Positions 39,108-50,893 of a stretch of 64,000 nucleotides of DNA are shown piece after piece (the first letter of the stretch is position 1; the number at the start of each line of letters is the position of its first letter). A model generated the notes under the pieces. It ran no database searches, was not told where the DNA came from, and saw only the letters and a program-made list of their open reading frames with translations. A program made the translations under genes and the position numbers. Location of the stretch: NCBI RefSeq assembly GCF_001194135.2, contig NC_068991.1:73057609-73121608 (forward strand), written 5' to 3'. Source of the stretch: Octopus bimaculoides (Eukaryota).

Positions 39108-40226
39108 CATTAATCATGTTCTCTCAACTGGCGAACAAGTGGTCGGGGTTCCAGTCTAGACGCATTTGCAGACGCCCGTCACCACTGCACTCTGTTCACT
39201 GGGCCGCGGTTTTGTAATCTGTCAAGTTTCTTTCTCTGCCTCACTTTCACCTGCTCTCAACTGTGCCCTGGTGTATGGTTTTATACAAGGAATCGTGGCG
39301 ATATACATGAGGAATGGTTCCTGTTTGCCAGTGTGTTCTTTGACTCGCTGCCTGACATAGCTGTTCGTTTTGCTGCCTGCACTCTGTGTTGTGTTTTGTG
39401 TTATGGTAGAGAATATACTTTGGTGTCCGGCAGCAGCATCCTTAGGGATAGACGGCATACTGTTTCTCCCTTCAATCTCACTTTTGGCTCCGATAATTTT
39501 CTCAGCTACAGCCGAGTAACTGGTTCTACTGGCAGGCTAAACTCTGCGAGAGGCTGAAAGTTCGAAGATGAGATGAGCACTGTCATGCATATCTAAAGCC
39601 CACCGAAATGCCATAACAGACGCACAATCAATATATACATACGCACATATATATATACGTCCATATGTGTGTGCCTATATGACGGCGTGTGTGCGCATGC
39701 AATTTTAGAAGAGAAATCATTGAAAAACAGTCGCATTTCTCGCATTCATTATCAATGTTATGTTGATAAATTTCACCACAGTTTTGCTCCCCTTCCTTGT
39801 CCCCACCACCTCTTCTCACCCGTCTCTTCTTTACAGTCATCACCATCATCAACGTAATCTTTATACTCATTAATTTCTCTTTATTTATTGCCGTCCTCAT
39901 GATAGACTGTCATCATTTCAGCATTATTAATATCACTTGCTATTCGGAAAAATCATAAAAAATAGACCATACAAATAATTTGTTTTATATTTATGACGTT
40001 CATATTCTGTTTCTGTACAAACTTTTAATATATTCTGGTTTGCAAGATGGATGACATTTATGGCGCCTGGAAAATCTTATTGCTGAGTCATAAGTTCGTC
40101 AAACTGAAATGGTTCACTATTTAATATTTATAAATACATTACGAATATACATAATAACCACTACTTCACCCAGCATATGCAGATATCTGTTTGTGTAGAT
40201 AAGTGTGCATGAACTAGTATATGTAT

Positions 40227-40289
<63 letters not shown>

Positions 40290-40753
40290 TATATATGTTT
40301 TTACACACACACAAATATACACACACATATATATATATATATGTACATACACACAGACGCACACATATACACATAGGTATTATATACGTACTATATAAAA
40401 NNNNNNNNNNNNNNNNNNNNNNNNNNNNNNNNNNNNNNNNNNNNNNNNNNNNNNNNNNNNNNNNNNNNNNNNNNNNNNNNNNNNNNNNNNNNNNNNNNNN
40501 NNNNNNNNNNNNNNNNNNNNNNNNNNNNNNNNNNNNNNNNNNNNNNNNNNNNNNNNNNNNNNNNNNNNNNNNNNNNNNNNNNNNNNNNNNNNNNNNNNNN
40601 NNNNNNNNNNNNNNNNNNNNNNNNNNNNNNNNNNNNNNNNNNNNNNNNNNNNNNNNNNNNNNNNNNNNNNNNNNNNNNNNNNNNNNNNNNNNNNNNNNNN
40701 NNNNNNNNNNNNNNNNNNNNNNNNNNNNNNNNNNNNNNNNNNNNNNNNNNNNN

Positions 40754-40788
<35 letters not shown>

Positions 40789-40923
40789 CACACACACGCA
40801 TATATGTATGTATCTATGTATCTATGTACGTGTATAATAAATTGAAAAATTATAATTAATAAACGCTCTAATTGGTCAAAACAACTTTATAACATTCCCA
40901 TATTATCATACATTGAACATAAA

Positions 40924-41121
40924 TATATATTAAAACATCAGGACATCCAATGGTAAAAGCCAAAGGTATAAAATATACACGTATATACGAATAATTGGGG
41001 ATAAAACCTAAAAGAGTAATACGAGTGAAGTCGAAGGAAGGAAAATATATGGATGAAATTAATGCATAATAAGGGCCTCTAAAAATTTAAGGTATTTGAT
41101 GCCCGGATGTTTTAATATATA
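40924..41121. mobile_element. MITE of about 200 bp with 26-bp terminal inverted repeats (23/26 match)
   Basis: tatatattaaaacatcaggacatcca at the left end and ttgatgcccggatgttttaatatata at the right end. Confidence 0.7.
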
Positions 41122-41844
41122 TGTATCTATGATTTATGATAATATGAGAATGTTACTAAGGTGTTTTGACCAATTGGAACGTTTATACATTGTACCTATC
41201 AATTTATATATATGTATATAGACCTACAAACACATATACTTACATACATACTGGTATCCATATCATTCGTACACATACATGCATATGCCGTCCTAAAATA
41301 TGCATAAACTCGACAGGTTCTACCATAATTATAAGCCTTGATGTACTAATCACTATGAGTGCTCATTAAGTATTTATAAAATTATCATTTTATATCACAT
41401 TCGATTAACGAGAAGGCTAACTAACTTCTTATAAATGACAACAAGCGTTATATGTCTGTATGCGTACATAAATACATATATACATACATATTTGCATACA
41501 TACAATTATTTCGCAGCTCATTAAAATGTACTAATTTGCATGTCTTTATTTGATACACATGATATGAATTTATGAGTTTCTTTTGACCTGATGAGCAAGT
41601 TTAATATCTGCATTAATTTATAAATTGTACAATTTATATTATGTATGTTAATACATGTATTTAAATAATTTATTACTTATCAAATAATAGAAAATAATTC
41701 ATAAGTACATGTTAGTAAGTTACGAAACAATTGTAGTTGAACATGGATATTCAATGGTAAAATAAATTTCACTCATCATATAATTCCTATCTTTATTTAT
41801 AATTTATACTTTCCGAATATTCTTCTATCAGACTATACATATGA

Positions 41845-42007
41845 TTTTACCAGGTGTCAGCGCGGAAATAAAAACCTTATAGGTAAATTTTACAAATGTT
41901 TTATAATTATATACATAATTATAACAAGGGATTATAATTATATAATTATAAAACATTTATAAAATTTACCGATAAGATTTTTTTTCCACTCTGGCCCCCT
42001 GGTAAAA
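41845..42007. mobile_element. AT-rich fold-back (palindromic) MITE
   Basis: Left arm ttttaccaggtgtcagcgcggaaat...ttataattata pairs imperfectly with right arm tataattataaaacattt...cctggtaaaa. Confidence 0.75.
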
Positions 42008-42705
42008 TTATTAATGATATTTACCCTTTATTATATTTAATTTTTGAAAAAAATTACTCCTTGATCAACACTATATTAGCTGCAGAGTATGTCTTCTACT
42101 TTGCCGTATATCTCAACGAGTGTGGACAGATTGTAATTATGCGATGACGCTGATCGCATTCGTATTTGAAGATACTCGTACATTTATGCTATGGAATATC
42201 GTTGCTGATGAGAGGAGTATGTTATATCTTTTTTACTTTAAGCTTGAAACAGGACCTTGTATGCGTTTAACCAAAAGTTTAAATCCGTATCTTACTTTTG
42301 CTCGCCTGCAACCCAGTGAGTTATTCTCGGAGATTTTAAGATGGTAATAGCGTCTTTTGGCGTCTATTTTTATAGCGCGTGGAGAGGTTTATAGCCAATC
42401 GCTTATTATAATTATGTATATAATTGTAAAACATTTATATGTATATATATATATAATATATATATACATGATACATGTATACATATATATGAGGCGCATA
42501 TATATATATATATTATAAATGGTGTTCATCTCCAAAATGGAGAGGAACACCATTCCTCCATGCGAACAGCTTCATAAATTGTTAAGATATTAAATCATTT
42601 TTTCTGAACATGAGACCTATGGTAGCATTAATACACAAATAAAAAAATTCTATCCACCAATGCCGGCGGTGTAGAGCACTCATTTGCATCGTTCAACAGC
42701 TACGT

Positions 42706-42756
<51 letters not shown>

Positions 42757-43863
42757 NNNNNNNNNNNNNNNNNNNNNNNNNNNNNNNNNNNNNNNNNNNN
42801 NNNNNNNNNNNNNNNNNNNNNNNNNNNNNNNNNNNNNNNNNNNNNNNNNNNNNNNNNNNNNNNNNNNNNNNNNNNNNNNNNNNNNNNNNNNNNNNNNNNN
42901 NNNNNNNNNNNNNNNNNNNNNNNNNNNNNNNNATACATATATGTGTAATGTATATATTTGTTTGTGTGTGTGTGTGTGTGTGTATGTGTAAGTTCTTTCT
43001 TATATACAAACCTATAGAGCGGAAAATTTGCTGCAACATTCTCTATGCGTTTAATCGTAACATGAGTATTTCTTTCTGATAAAAGAAATCCCGGAAAATT
43101 TCGATCTCTACTATGTGGATCATTTACCATCTCAGTGTTCATACGTCCCACAAGGGAAATGAGTCTTTCTAATGCAGTACTCGTCCACTAGAATCTGAAT
43201 GGGCTTTTTGCGTGTTTGGATTTATTCCCCAAATTATAGAGCGAATGAAATAGCGACCGAGCGTAAGGAAGTTAGAGACGGAGAAACACATTCGCCATAT
43301 TTATTGACACAGTTTATATATTTTTCTACCAAGATGTTTTTTATAAAATATTTTTCCGTTCATTTTTGTTGTAGTTGTCTGTTTGTTTGCTAGAATCATC
43401 CTGATTCTGCTCGTTGGGAAACAAGTAAACAACGAATGAAATATCATATGAGGTAAAATAAATGAAATATTGAATACATGTATATAATAAATTAATAGTA
43501 ATAATATCCTGAAAGGCAATATTATATTGGATTGAATAAAAATAGCTATACAAATGTTGGTAGGAACTAAAATAACGTTAAAAATGAGAAAAGTGGTGCA
43601 AAGAAATAAAGTATATAGCATAAGATATAGAAAATAGAAAATAAATTTAAGCGATAATACAAAATACACCAAAAAAATGAAACGTAGATAAAATATATAT
43701 TAATAGACGCACTTTAAAAATGGCTTAGATTAAAATACCCTTGTATATAACATTGATAACGTATACAGATGTGGGACGATACTAGCTGTGATATTTTCAT
43801 TCAGAGAAACTTCCCAAAGAGACTTGTGTTTAAAAGATAGGGGATCGCTAAAAATGCCTGTAC

Positions 43864-43909
43864 TTCGCCGTACGCGGTTTCGACCTGATTTCGTTTTCTC
43901 AGTGACGAA
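43864..43909 (-). ncRNA. Degenerate hammerhead-ribozyme motif, same family as 14434-14473
   Basis: Minus strand reads ttcgtca-CTGAGAA-aac gaaatcag gtc-GAAAC-cgc-GTA-cggcgaa; the core G8 position is A. Confidence 0.4.
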
Positions 43910-45421
43910 CAGTCAGACACTCTGAGCTAAGGTGAAAAATGCTTTTGTTGATATAGAAGTCAGTAAAAAAAAAAACGTTTGCTGGTTTGTACGGGTTAAA
44001 AATACCAGTGTGGATAATACGTACAATGAGTATACAAACGTGGAACAGCACTTGTGTTAATATGCTGTGTCAAAGGACTTGTAGATATAAGTTTATAACA
44101 ATGAGCTGTTTTGCAGTGAGGCGTAAAATATCTGCGTTTAAATGCTCGTTGTTTTCTGATGAAAGAACCAAAATTCGAAACGTTATATATCTTATACTGC
44201 ACGTACTTTATACCCCTGTTACATTTAAGCGTTGATTAAACTTTACCGATGCAGAATACCTCCAACTGCATCCGTTTTCCCCTATCATATATTAATAACA
44301 AAGGATGACTGAATTGGTAGGGTATATCGATCACAAGTATTGACTGGTACATTATTTTATCGACCCTATATAATGGAAGTGAAAGTTTTCTACTGCGTCA
44401 TTTGAACCGAAATCGTAATATTTTCTAGACGCTCTTACAATTCCTACCAGTACCAAACAAGATATATTTTTACCCATAAGTCTCTTTCAGAAGATTTTCT
44501 GAGGCAAGATATTAAAGCTAATGCTGTTTATGTCCATCCTAATATTGATTTCTCCCAGTTGGCACAAAGTTAACATGTTGAAAAAATAATGAAGGGGTTG
44601 TAATCGATTTAATTGATAACATATAATACTAATACTTACGTTATCGATGCCAGAATGATGAAAAGAAATTTACAGACGGACATGGTTTGAACCAGGAATC
44701 GGAAAAAGATTAAAATAATTATCGTTATTCAGTTCTTTCGATTAACTAATATGTTGGTTACTGGAAGAGTAGTCGACAGTTTTAATGTGTTTCCAACAAA
44801 TACGTATGAGACATAAATATTTCAGATTTAAAGTAATTATAAAGTCTATTATTTAACTCGTTATCGAACTATTTTGCTTTTACAGCTCTCTCTGACAAGT
44901 TAACAACCAATAACCTACATTTCTTGAATTACATCAAAACCGTCAATAAGAGTCTACGAGCTTGAATTTTTGCTTCGAAAGCATTAAATGAAAGACCATC
45001 CGGTTTTATAGCATAATGGTATTTTTTATTTTATTTTATTTTTTTTAACATAGCACCAGTCGAAACATGCTCTTTTGACAGCACGTTTCCTTCTAAAGTC
45101 TTCCACATAAGATCACGAAACAATCAATAAAACATCTTATCGATAATTGTATTACATCACTTCGCTTTTTCACCCGTACCCATTAATATTATTTTTCAAA
45201 AAATATGTTATTGTCGATAAATTCTACTGATTCAATTGTAAACAGTTCTCACGTACAACGTACATGCATTTCCTGGACTACATACATATATAAATACATG
45301 TATATATATATATTCATGTTATATATGTATATTATACGTATATACTACACTGTATTATATTATATTATATTGTATTATATATATATGTATATATATGTGT
45401 GTGTGTGTGTCTGCTATAATA

Positions 45422-45454
<33 letters not shown>

Positions 45455-45524
45455 NNNNNNNNNNNNNNNNNNNNNNNNNNNNNNNNNNNNNNNNNNNNNN
45501 NNNNNNNNNNNNNNNNNNNNNNTA

Positions 45525-45672
45525 TATATGTAAATATATAAAAACAAAAAGATAAAGAGAGCAAAGGTAAGGTTGAAGAATTTTATGGATAGAGTCTTAC
45601 AGCTCGATCCATAAAATTCTTCAACCTTACCTTTGCTCTCTTTATCTTTTTGTTTTTATATATTTACATATA
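45525..45672. repeat. Perfect 66-bp inverted repeat with a 16-nt spacer, next to a gap
   Basis: 45525-45590 is the exact reverse complement of 45607-45672. Confidence 0.97.
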
Positions 45673-46225
45673 CACACGCTAATACACGACTTATAATACC
45701 CAATCCTGTTCATACAACGACTGGGGCAAACTAATCGGTATACAGCACTTACTCGGTATTACCTGTATCCTCCTGGGTTTGGTTAAATCCAATACCCTAC
45801 TCAACCTTATATATATATATACATAGATACAATATATGTATGTACTTATGTATGTGCGTGTGTATATTCGCGAATGTATGCGTATGTATGTCTAAATGTA
45901 AGTATCTATATATTCACCCGTCAACGTTTAATTCTTTACAGAAACGTTATGCACATAATACATTTAGAGAGCGAATTGAGCGAATGGCCAAAGTCGTTAA
46001 AGCATTGGACGAGGCATTTGTAATGTTTCTTGGCGTTGTGAGTTCTAATCCCGTTGAGATTAAACTTCTCTTTGAAACTTCCGAATTTGAGAATAAAGTA
46101 TCATTCCTAGGTTATGGATTGCAAAAACTTCAAAGAGGATACCTTGTGGTATTTATTCCAGCCCTTTGTATAGTGAATTCCAAATCCCGCCATGGCCGAC
46201 TTAGATGATAGAATTAATCTCTTAC

Positions 46226-46317
46226 TTGATTTAGCATAACCAGGTATCTTAAGGGCGTTTAACGGAGTTAACTGTTGCAAGAATTCGGGCCTTTCTCTAT
46301 CCATTGGTCTCAGAGTC
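46226..46317 (-). CDS. Candidate coding exon ((R)[30 protein letters not shown], phase-1 donor); product unknown
   Basis: Open, protein-like frame ending at a GTAAGA donor. ATG at 46304. The acceptor is weak and lies just after a (TG)n tract. Confidence 0.28.
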
Positions 46318-47451
46318 CTGCACTCTGTGTGCACGCGTGCACGCACACACACACATACAGGCACGCCCACACAGGCACACAAACGCGCGCAGACACACAG
46401 ACGTACATGCACACACACGCACACACACACACTCTCTCACACACACACAAACACACACACGCTCTCACACACACACACAAACACATGGCTAGGTAGAGAC
46501 CACTGTCGTTCATGAATGACTATGGGATTGTACATACAAAGTTCCCCTCTGAGGAACAAGTCCGGACAGTTCACCATCCATACCCCCTCTCCATGCCACC
46601 GATTTTTAAGAAGATAATACACATGATTAAGTTAAGAACAATCGCATCTTTATTTGCATACAGCCTATAGCTATGCGGTTTGCGGTATTAGAATTCATCA
46701 ATCTAATCTAGCTTCCAGATCAAGTGATGGGGATTTTCGAATAGAAAAATGGATACGTATACATGTGGTCACTATAGTAGGCATAATTAGAAATAATATT
46801 AGCTAAAGGAAAAAAAAAAATGAGAAATGAGACAATGACATCGATTGAAATAATTAATTTAAAATTGTCTGTAGTCTTCCCGTGGTTATAAGCCATACTT
46901 CAGGCTCTCTCCATAAAAATGCAAATTATTTTTCAATAGTAATTCGATACTTCTTGATGTTATCTCTTTGAGCATCGCTACCAATTACCACCTAGCTTGA
47001 GTTTTCATCCAACTTACAAGGAAGTTTCAATTAATAAGTAATTTCTTAAGGAAATATTTTATGCCTTAGTTCATCTGATTTGTTACCTTTAGCTTGCTTT
47101 ATTTTTAATACTACAAATTCGGCAATCCGTTATTAATCTACCACTGGGAAGGTACTCAGATGATGATTTGGCTGTCGATGATCTACGTGTACTGCAGTGA
47201 GCATGCGATAAGCTGCATGTGTTTGCTCAGTGTTTTGTTAATCAAGAGGGTTTGCCGATTTTAGATGTATTCGTTGTGGTCACTTTCTGCAACAAATTAA
47301 TTTTGAATATCATTTAAAGCTTCAAATTTTGTTGAGTCAGTCAAATATCTTTAATACACTGATGTACATTCATTTGAAATTTGTTCTTCTTAAGCACGGG
47401 CAAGAATCGCTATTCAATTGTGAAAATAGTGTTATAACAATATTTTAGTGA

Positions 47452-47882
47452 AGGCAGCGAGCTAGCAGAAGAGTTAGCACGCCGAGCGACATGCTTAGTG
47501 GCATTTCGTCTGTCTTTACGTTCTGAGTCGACTTTGCCTTTCATCCTTTCGGGGTCAAAACATTAAGTACCAGTTGTGTACTCATGTCGATCTAATCCAC
47601 TGGCTCCCTTCCCAAAAGTTTTCGGGCCTTGTCCCTAGAGTAGAAAAGAATATTTTAGTGTATAATAAGGCACTGAGCTGGCAGAAACGTTAGCACGCCG
47701 GGAGAAACGCTTAGCGGTATTTCGTCTACCGTTATGTTCTGAGTTCAAATTCCGCCGAGGTCGACTTTGCTTTTCTTCCTTTCGGGGACGATGAATTAAG
47801 TACCAGTCAAGTACTGTGGTCAATCTAATCGACTGGCCTCCTCCCCTAAAATTCCGGGCCTTATGCCTAGAATAGAAAAGAA
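47452..47882 (+). mobile_element. Two tandem full-length family B SINEs (47452-47650 and 47668-47882)
   Basis: The consensus occurs twice. aatatt(t/c)tagtg occurs before, between and after the copies. Confidence 0.92.
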
Positions 47883-47989
47883 TATTCTAGTGTATAACAT
47901 TTTAACGCTCACACCCCATTCCAGTTTTTCAGAGGAAGTGATTTGCAGTTTATGCTGTTTACATCTTTCTGAGTATTATTGACGGCTTT

Positions 47990-48480
47990 CAGTAGTAATT
48001 TTTTCCTACACTGGCACATAACACAACGAGACAAGTGGTCGCAAGTACTTGATTCCTATGCTGCTGAGAACAAGGACATCTTTCTGACGAGCAAATACGG
48101 CCTGGAATACGAAGAAGGAACTTCAACAAAATTTATAAATCAAATATTTGAACGTCAAAGATATTGACTTTCTTTAGGATATGTGTAAAATGTAATGTTC
48201 TCTGTGGAACCGAGTCTAAGACTACAAAGGAGCTTCAAGATACGACTTGATAGTTTGTATACCAAGTTCATCATGGAGTTTCAAAACGGCATGAGCAGAA
48301 GTCGAAAGGAGGAATTTATAGGCACATTCCACCTATCCCCCGTACTATTGTTCAAAACATGGCGGGATATGTTGGTGCTTGATATTGCTGGACCTCAGGG
48401 GATATCCGATGAAATTTTTGGGGTGACAAAATAGTAGAGGCTTGTGGCTACTTAGCTACATTAATTCTTTTGGTAGAAAC
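47990..48480 (+). mobile_element. Degraded RTE-clade non-LTR retrotransposon, region after the RT domain
   Basis: Frameshifted peptides KYL-SYAAENKDI (resembling KYLGSYIASSEKDF), LCGTESKTTKEL (resembling LYGSETWTLTKEL), RLDSLYTKFIMEFQN and IYRHIPPIPRTIVQ. Confidence 0.65.
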
Positions 48481-49800
48481 GCACATAAATTTGAGGTTCA
48501 ATCAAAATTCATGATGTATAGGAATTTCTGGTGTAGCATGGTGAAACGTGTCTTAATTGTTGCCGCTTGAAGAAATACTAATATTTAGCAGCAAAACAAA
48601 CTTCATCACTGATGTCAATGATTTATTCATGAAATACTTCTTGCTAGTTCATGTCAGTTATCATAAACAATACTAACGTTAACCATATAAGTTATAACAT
48701 TTTTAGAACCCTGTATTAACGGGTGATGTAATTTATAATAAATAAATTCAATGAAGTAGTGTGTTAGAAGAAACTTATTCTTAATCTACCGATCGATGAC
48801 AGAGGTGATAAAAACTTATTTATGATCAACGATAATGAAATTGATTGTGTATAATGATACGAATATCAAATTCAATGGCATTTTAAGAGCGTCGAACAGA
48901 AGTTTAAGTGTCTTCCATTTTAATGATCTAACAGAGACAAAGAAAATAAAGACTTGTACAAACCGTTTAGAGGAAGACATACAACGCTCAAGTCAACAAA
49001 CCTCTCTCTTCGCCTCGCTAATTCTACCTATTTCGTTCATCATTCCTTTCTTCCCTCTTTATCTCTATCTCTCAATCTCTGTGCATCAACTGAATATTCC
49101 ATGCAGCGAGTTGAAGTCAAATCAAAGACTTGAAAAGATGTGACGCAAAATATTTAAGTTCTACTATATTCTAATAGAGACAGAATAAAGTAGGAGTAAA
49201 TCTATCCCTGCGTGCGCACATTTTAATAATAAATTATTATACAATCCCTAAATCTTAAAATTAGTATTCAAAGACATTTAACATTCCACCCAACTAGATT
49301 CATCTAATGTCCAGCTAATCACATAAAAACAGCAAATAGCTTTCACTGTTCTACAGCCGTAGCAGCGTAGACGAAGGGTGAACGTCACAGAAGACATTCA
49401 ACTGTCGATATAACAGAGATACGTACTTCTATATGTATGAATTTATCTGTGCAAGCGTGTTTGTATATGCACACACGCATATATATATATGTGTGTGTGT
49501 GTGTNNNNNNNNNNNNNNNNNNNNNNNNNNNNNNNNNNNNNNNNNNNNNNNNNNNNNNNNNNNNNNNNNNNNNNNNNNNNNNNNNNNNNNNNNNNNNNNN
49601 NNNNNNNNNNNNNNNNNNNNNNNNNNNNNNNNNNNNNNNNNNNNNNNNNNNNNNNNNNNNNNNNNNNNNNNNNNNNNNNNNNNNNNNNNNNNNNNNNNNN
49701 NNNNTATATACATACATACATACATATATATATATGTGTGTGTGTGTGTGTAAATGTATATATATATATATACATACACATACACAAATATATATTTTTT

Positions 49801-50203
49801 ATTCTTTTATTTTTTCAGTCATTTGACTGCGGTCATGCTAGAGCACCACCTTTTAGTCGAGCAAATCGAACCCAGGACTTATTCCTTGTAAGCCTCGTAC
49901 TTATTCTATCGGTCTCTTTTTACCGAACCGCGAAATTACTAGGACGTAAACATACCAGCATCGGTTGCAAGCGATGGTGGGGGGACAAACGCAGACACGC
50001 AAACACACATACACGCACACATACATATATACATATATACGATGGGCTTCTTTCAGTTTCCGTCTACCAAACCCACTCGCAAGGCTTGGGTCGGTCCGAA
50101 GCTATAGTAGAAGACCATTGCCTAAGGTGCCACACAGTAGGACTGAATCCGGGACCATGTGGTTGGTAAGCAAGCTACTTAGCACACAGCCACACCTGCG
50201 CCT
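49801..50203 (-). mobile_element. SINE, family A, full length
   Basis: Reverse complement of head, core, microsatellite and tail. Confidence 0.92.
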
Positions 50204-50394
50204 ATATAAATACACACATAGGTATGTATATGTATATATATGTGTGTGTGTGTATATGAATATATTTATGTATGTGTATATATATATGTATGTACATATT
50301 TATATANNNNNNNNNNNNNNNNNNNNNNNNNNNNNNNNNNNNNNNNNNNNNNNNNNNNNNNNNNNNNNNNNNNNATATATATATATATATATAT

Positions 50395-50774
50395 AAGCAA
50401 TGTTAAATCCCTGAACGAGGTATTAACAGTAACTGCACGACAACGTGAAGTATATTTGCCACTTAAATGCGGCTGAACCCTAAGGGTGGATGCTACTGTT
50501 GCTTTTAGCCCCAGGAGAACATCTCCTCCAGCTGGCTATTGACACACATCTGTGTCCTGTCTGTATTTGCAAAGGGAAGTCATCCTTCCCATCTTGATCT
50601 GTGATACGCACGGACTCGAGTTTCTGGGAATTTACCCGTCCTCAGCGTACGACAATCTCACCGACCTTCGATGCGAAAAATGTCCCGTTGCAAATACGTA
50701 TATACTTTTTCCAGTGAAAATATTCACTGATCTCGAAATTGTGAAAACAAGCAATGTTAAATCTCTGAACGAGG
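50395..50774 (-). mobile_element. Retrozyme-like unit: 354-bp period, 26-bp terminal direct repeats, one internal hammerhead ribozyme
   Basis: aagcaatgttaaatc(c/t)ctgaacgagg at 50395-50420 and 50749-50774 (25/26 identical); hammerhead at 50607-50651; (AT)n on the left flank. Confidence 0.65.
50607..50651 (-). ncRNA. Minimal type I hammerhead ribozyme, near intact
   Basis: Minus strand reads CGTACG-CTGAGGA-cGGG taaatt CCCa-GAAAC-tcga-GTC-CGTGCG. Stem I is 6 bp (one G-U), stem III is the palindrome ACTCGAGT, and the cleavage triplet is GUC. Confidence 0.75.
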
Positions 50775-50893
50775 CTTTGGTTGGGCCAAGGCTATAGTAG
50801 GAGTCTCTTGACTAAGGTGCAACACAGTGGGACTGAACCGAGAATCATGTGGTTGGGAAGCAAGCTTCTTACCACACAGCCACTCCTTCACCT
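50775..50893 (-). mobile_element. Family A SINE head, joined to the retrozyme-like unit
   Basis: Minus strand ggagtggctgtgtggtaag...ccaaag runs directly into cctcgttcag. Confidence 0.85.

Noticed and set aside
44156-44185. CTGATGA…GAAACGTT hammerhead-like match
   Set aside because: There are two extra bases before stem II and no stem I pairing. The similar match at 54697-54740 lacks a proper core.
47979-48434. Two same-frame ORFs first read as an unknown pseudogene or viral relic
   Set aside because: Motifs across frames fit the region after the RT domain of an RTE-clade LINE.
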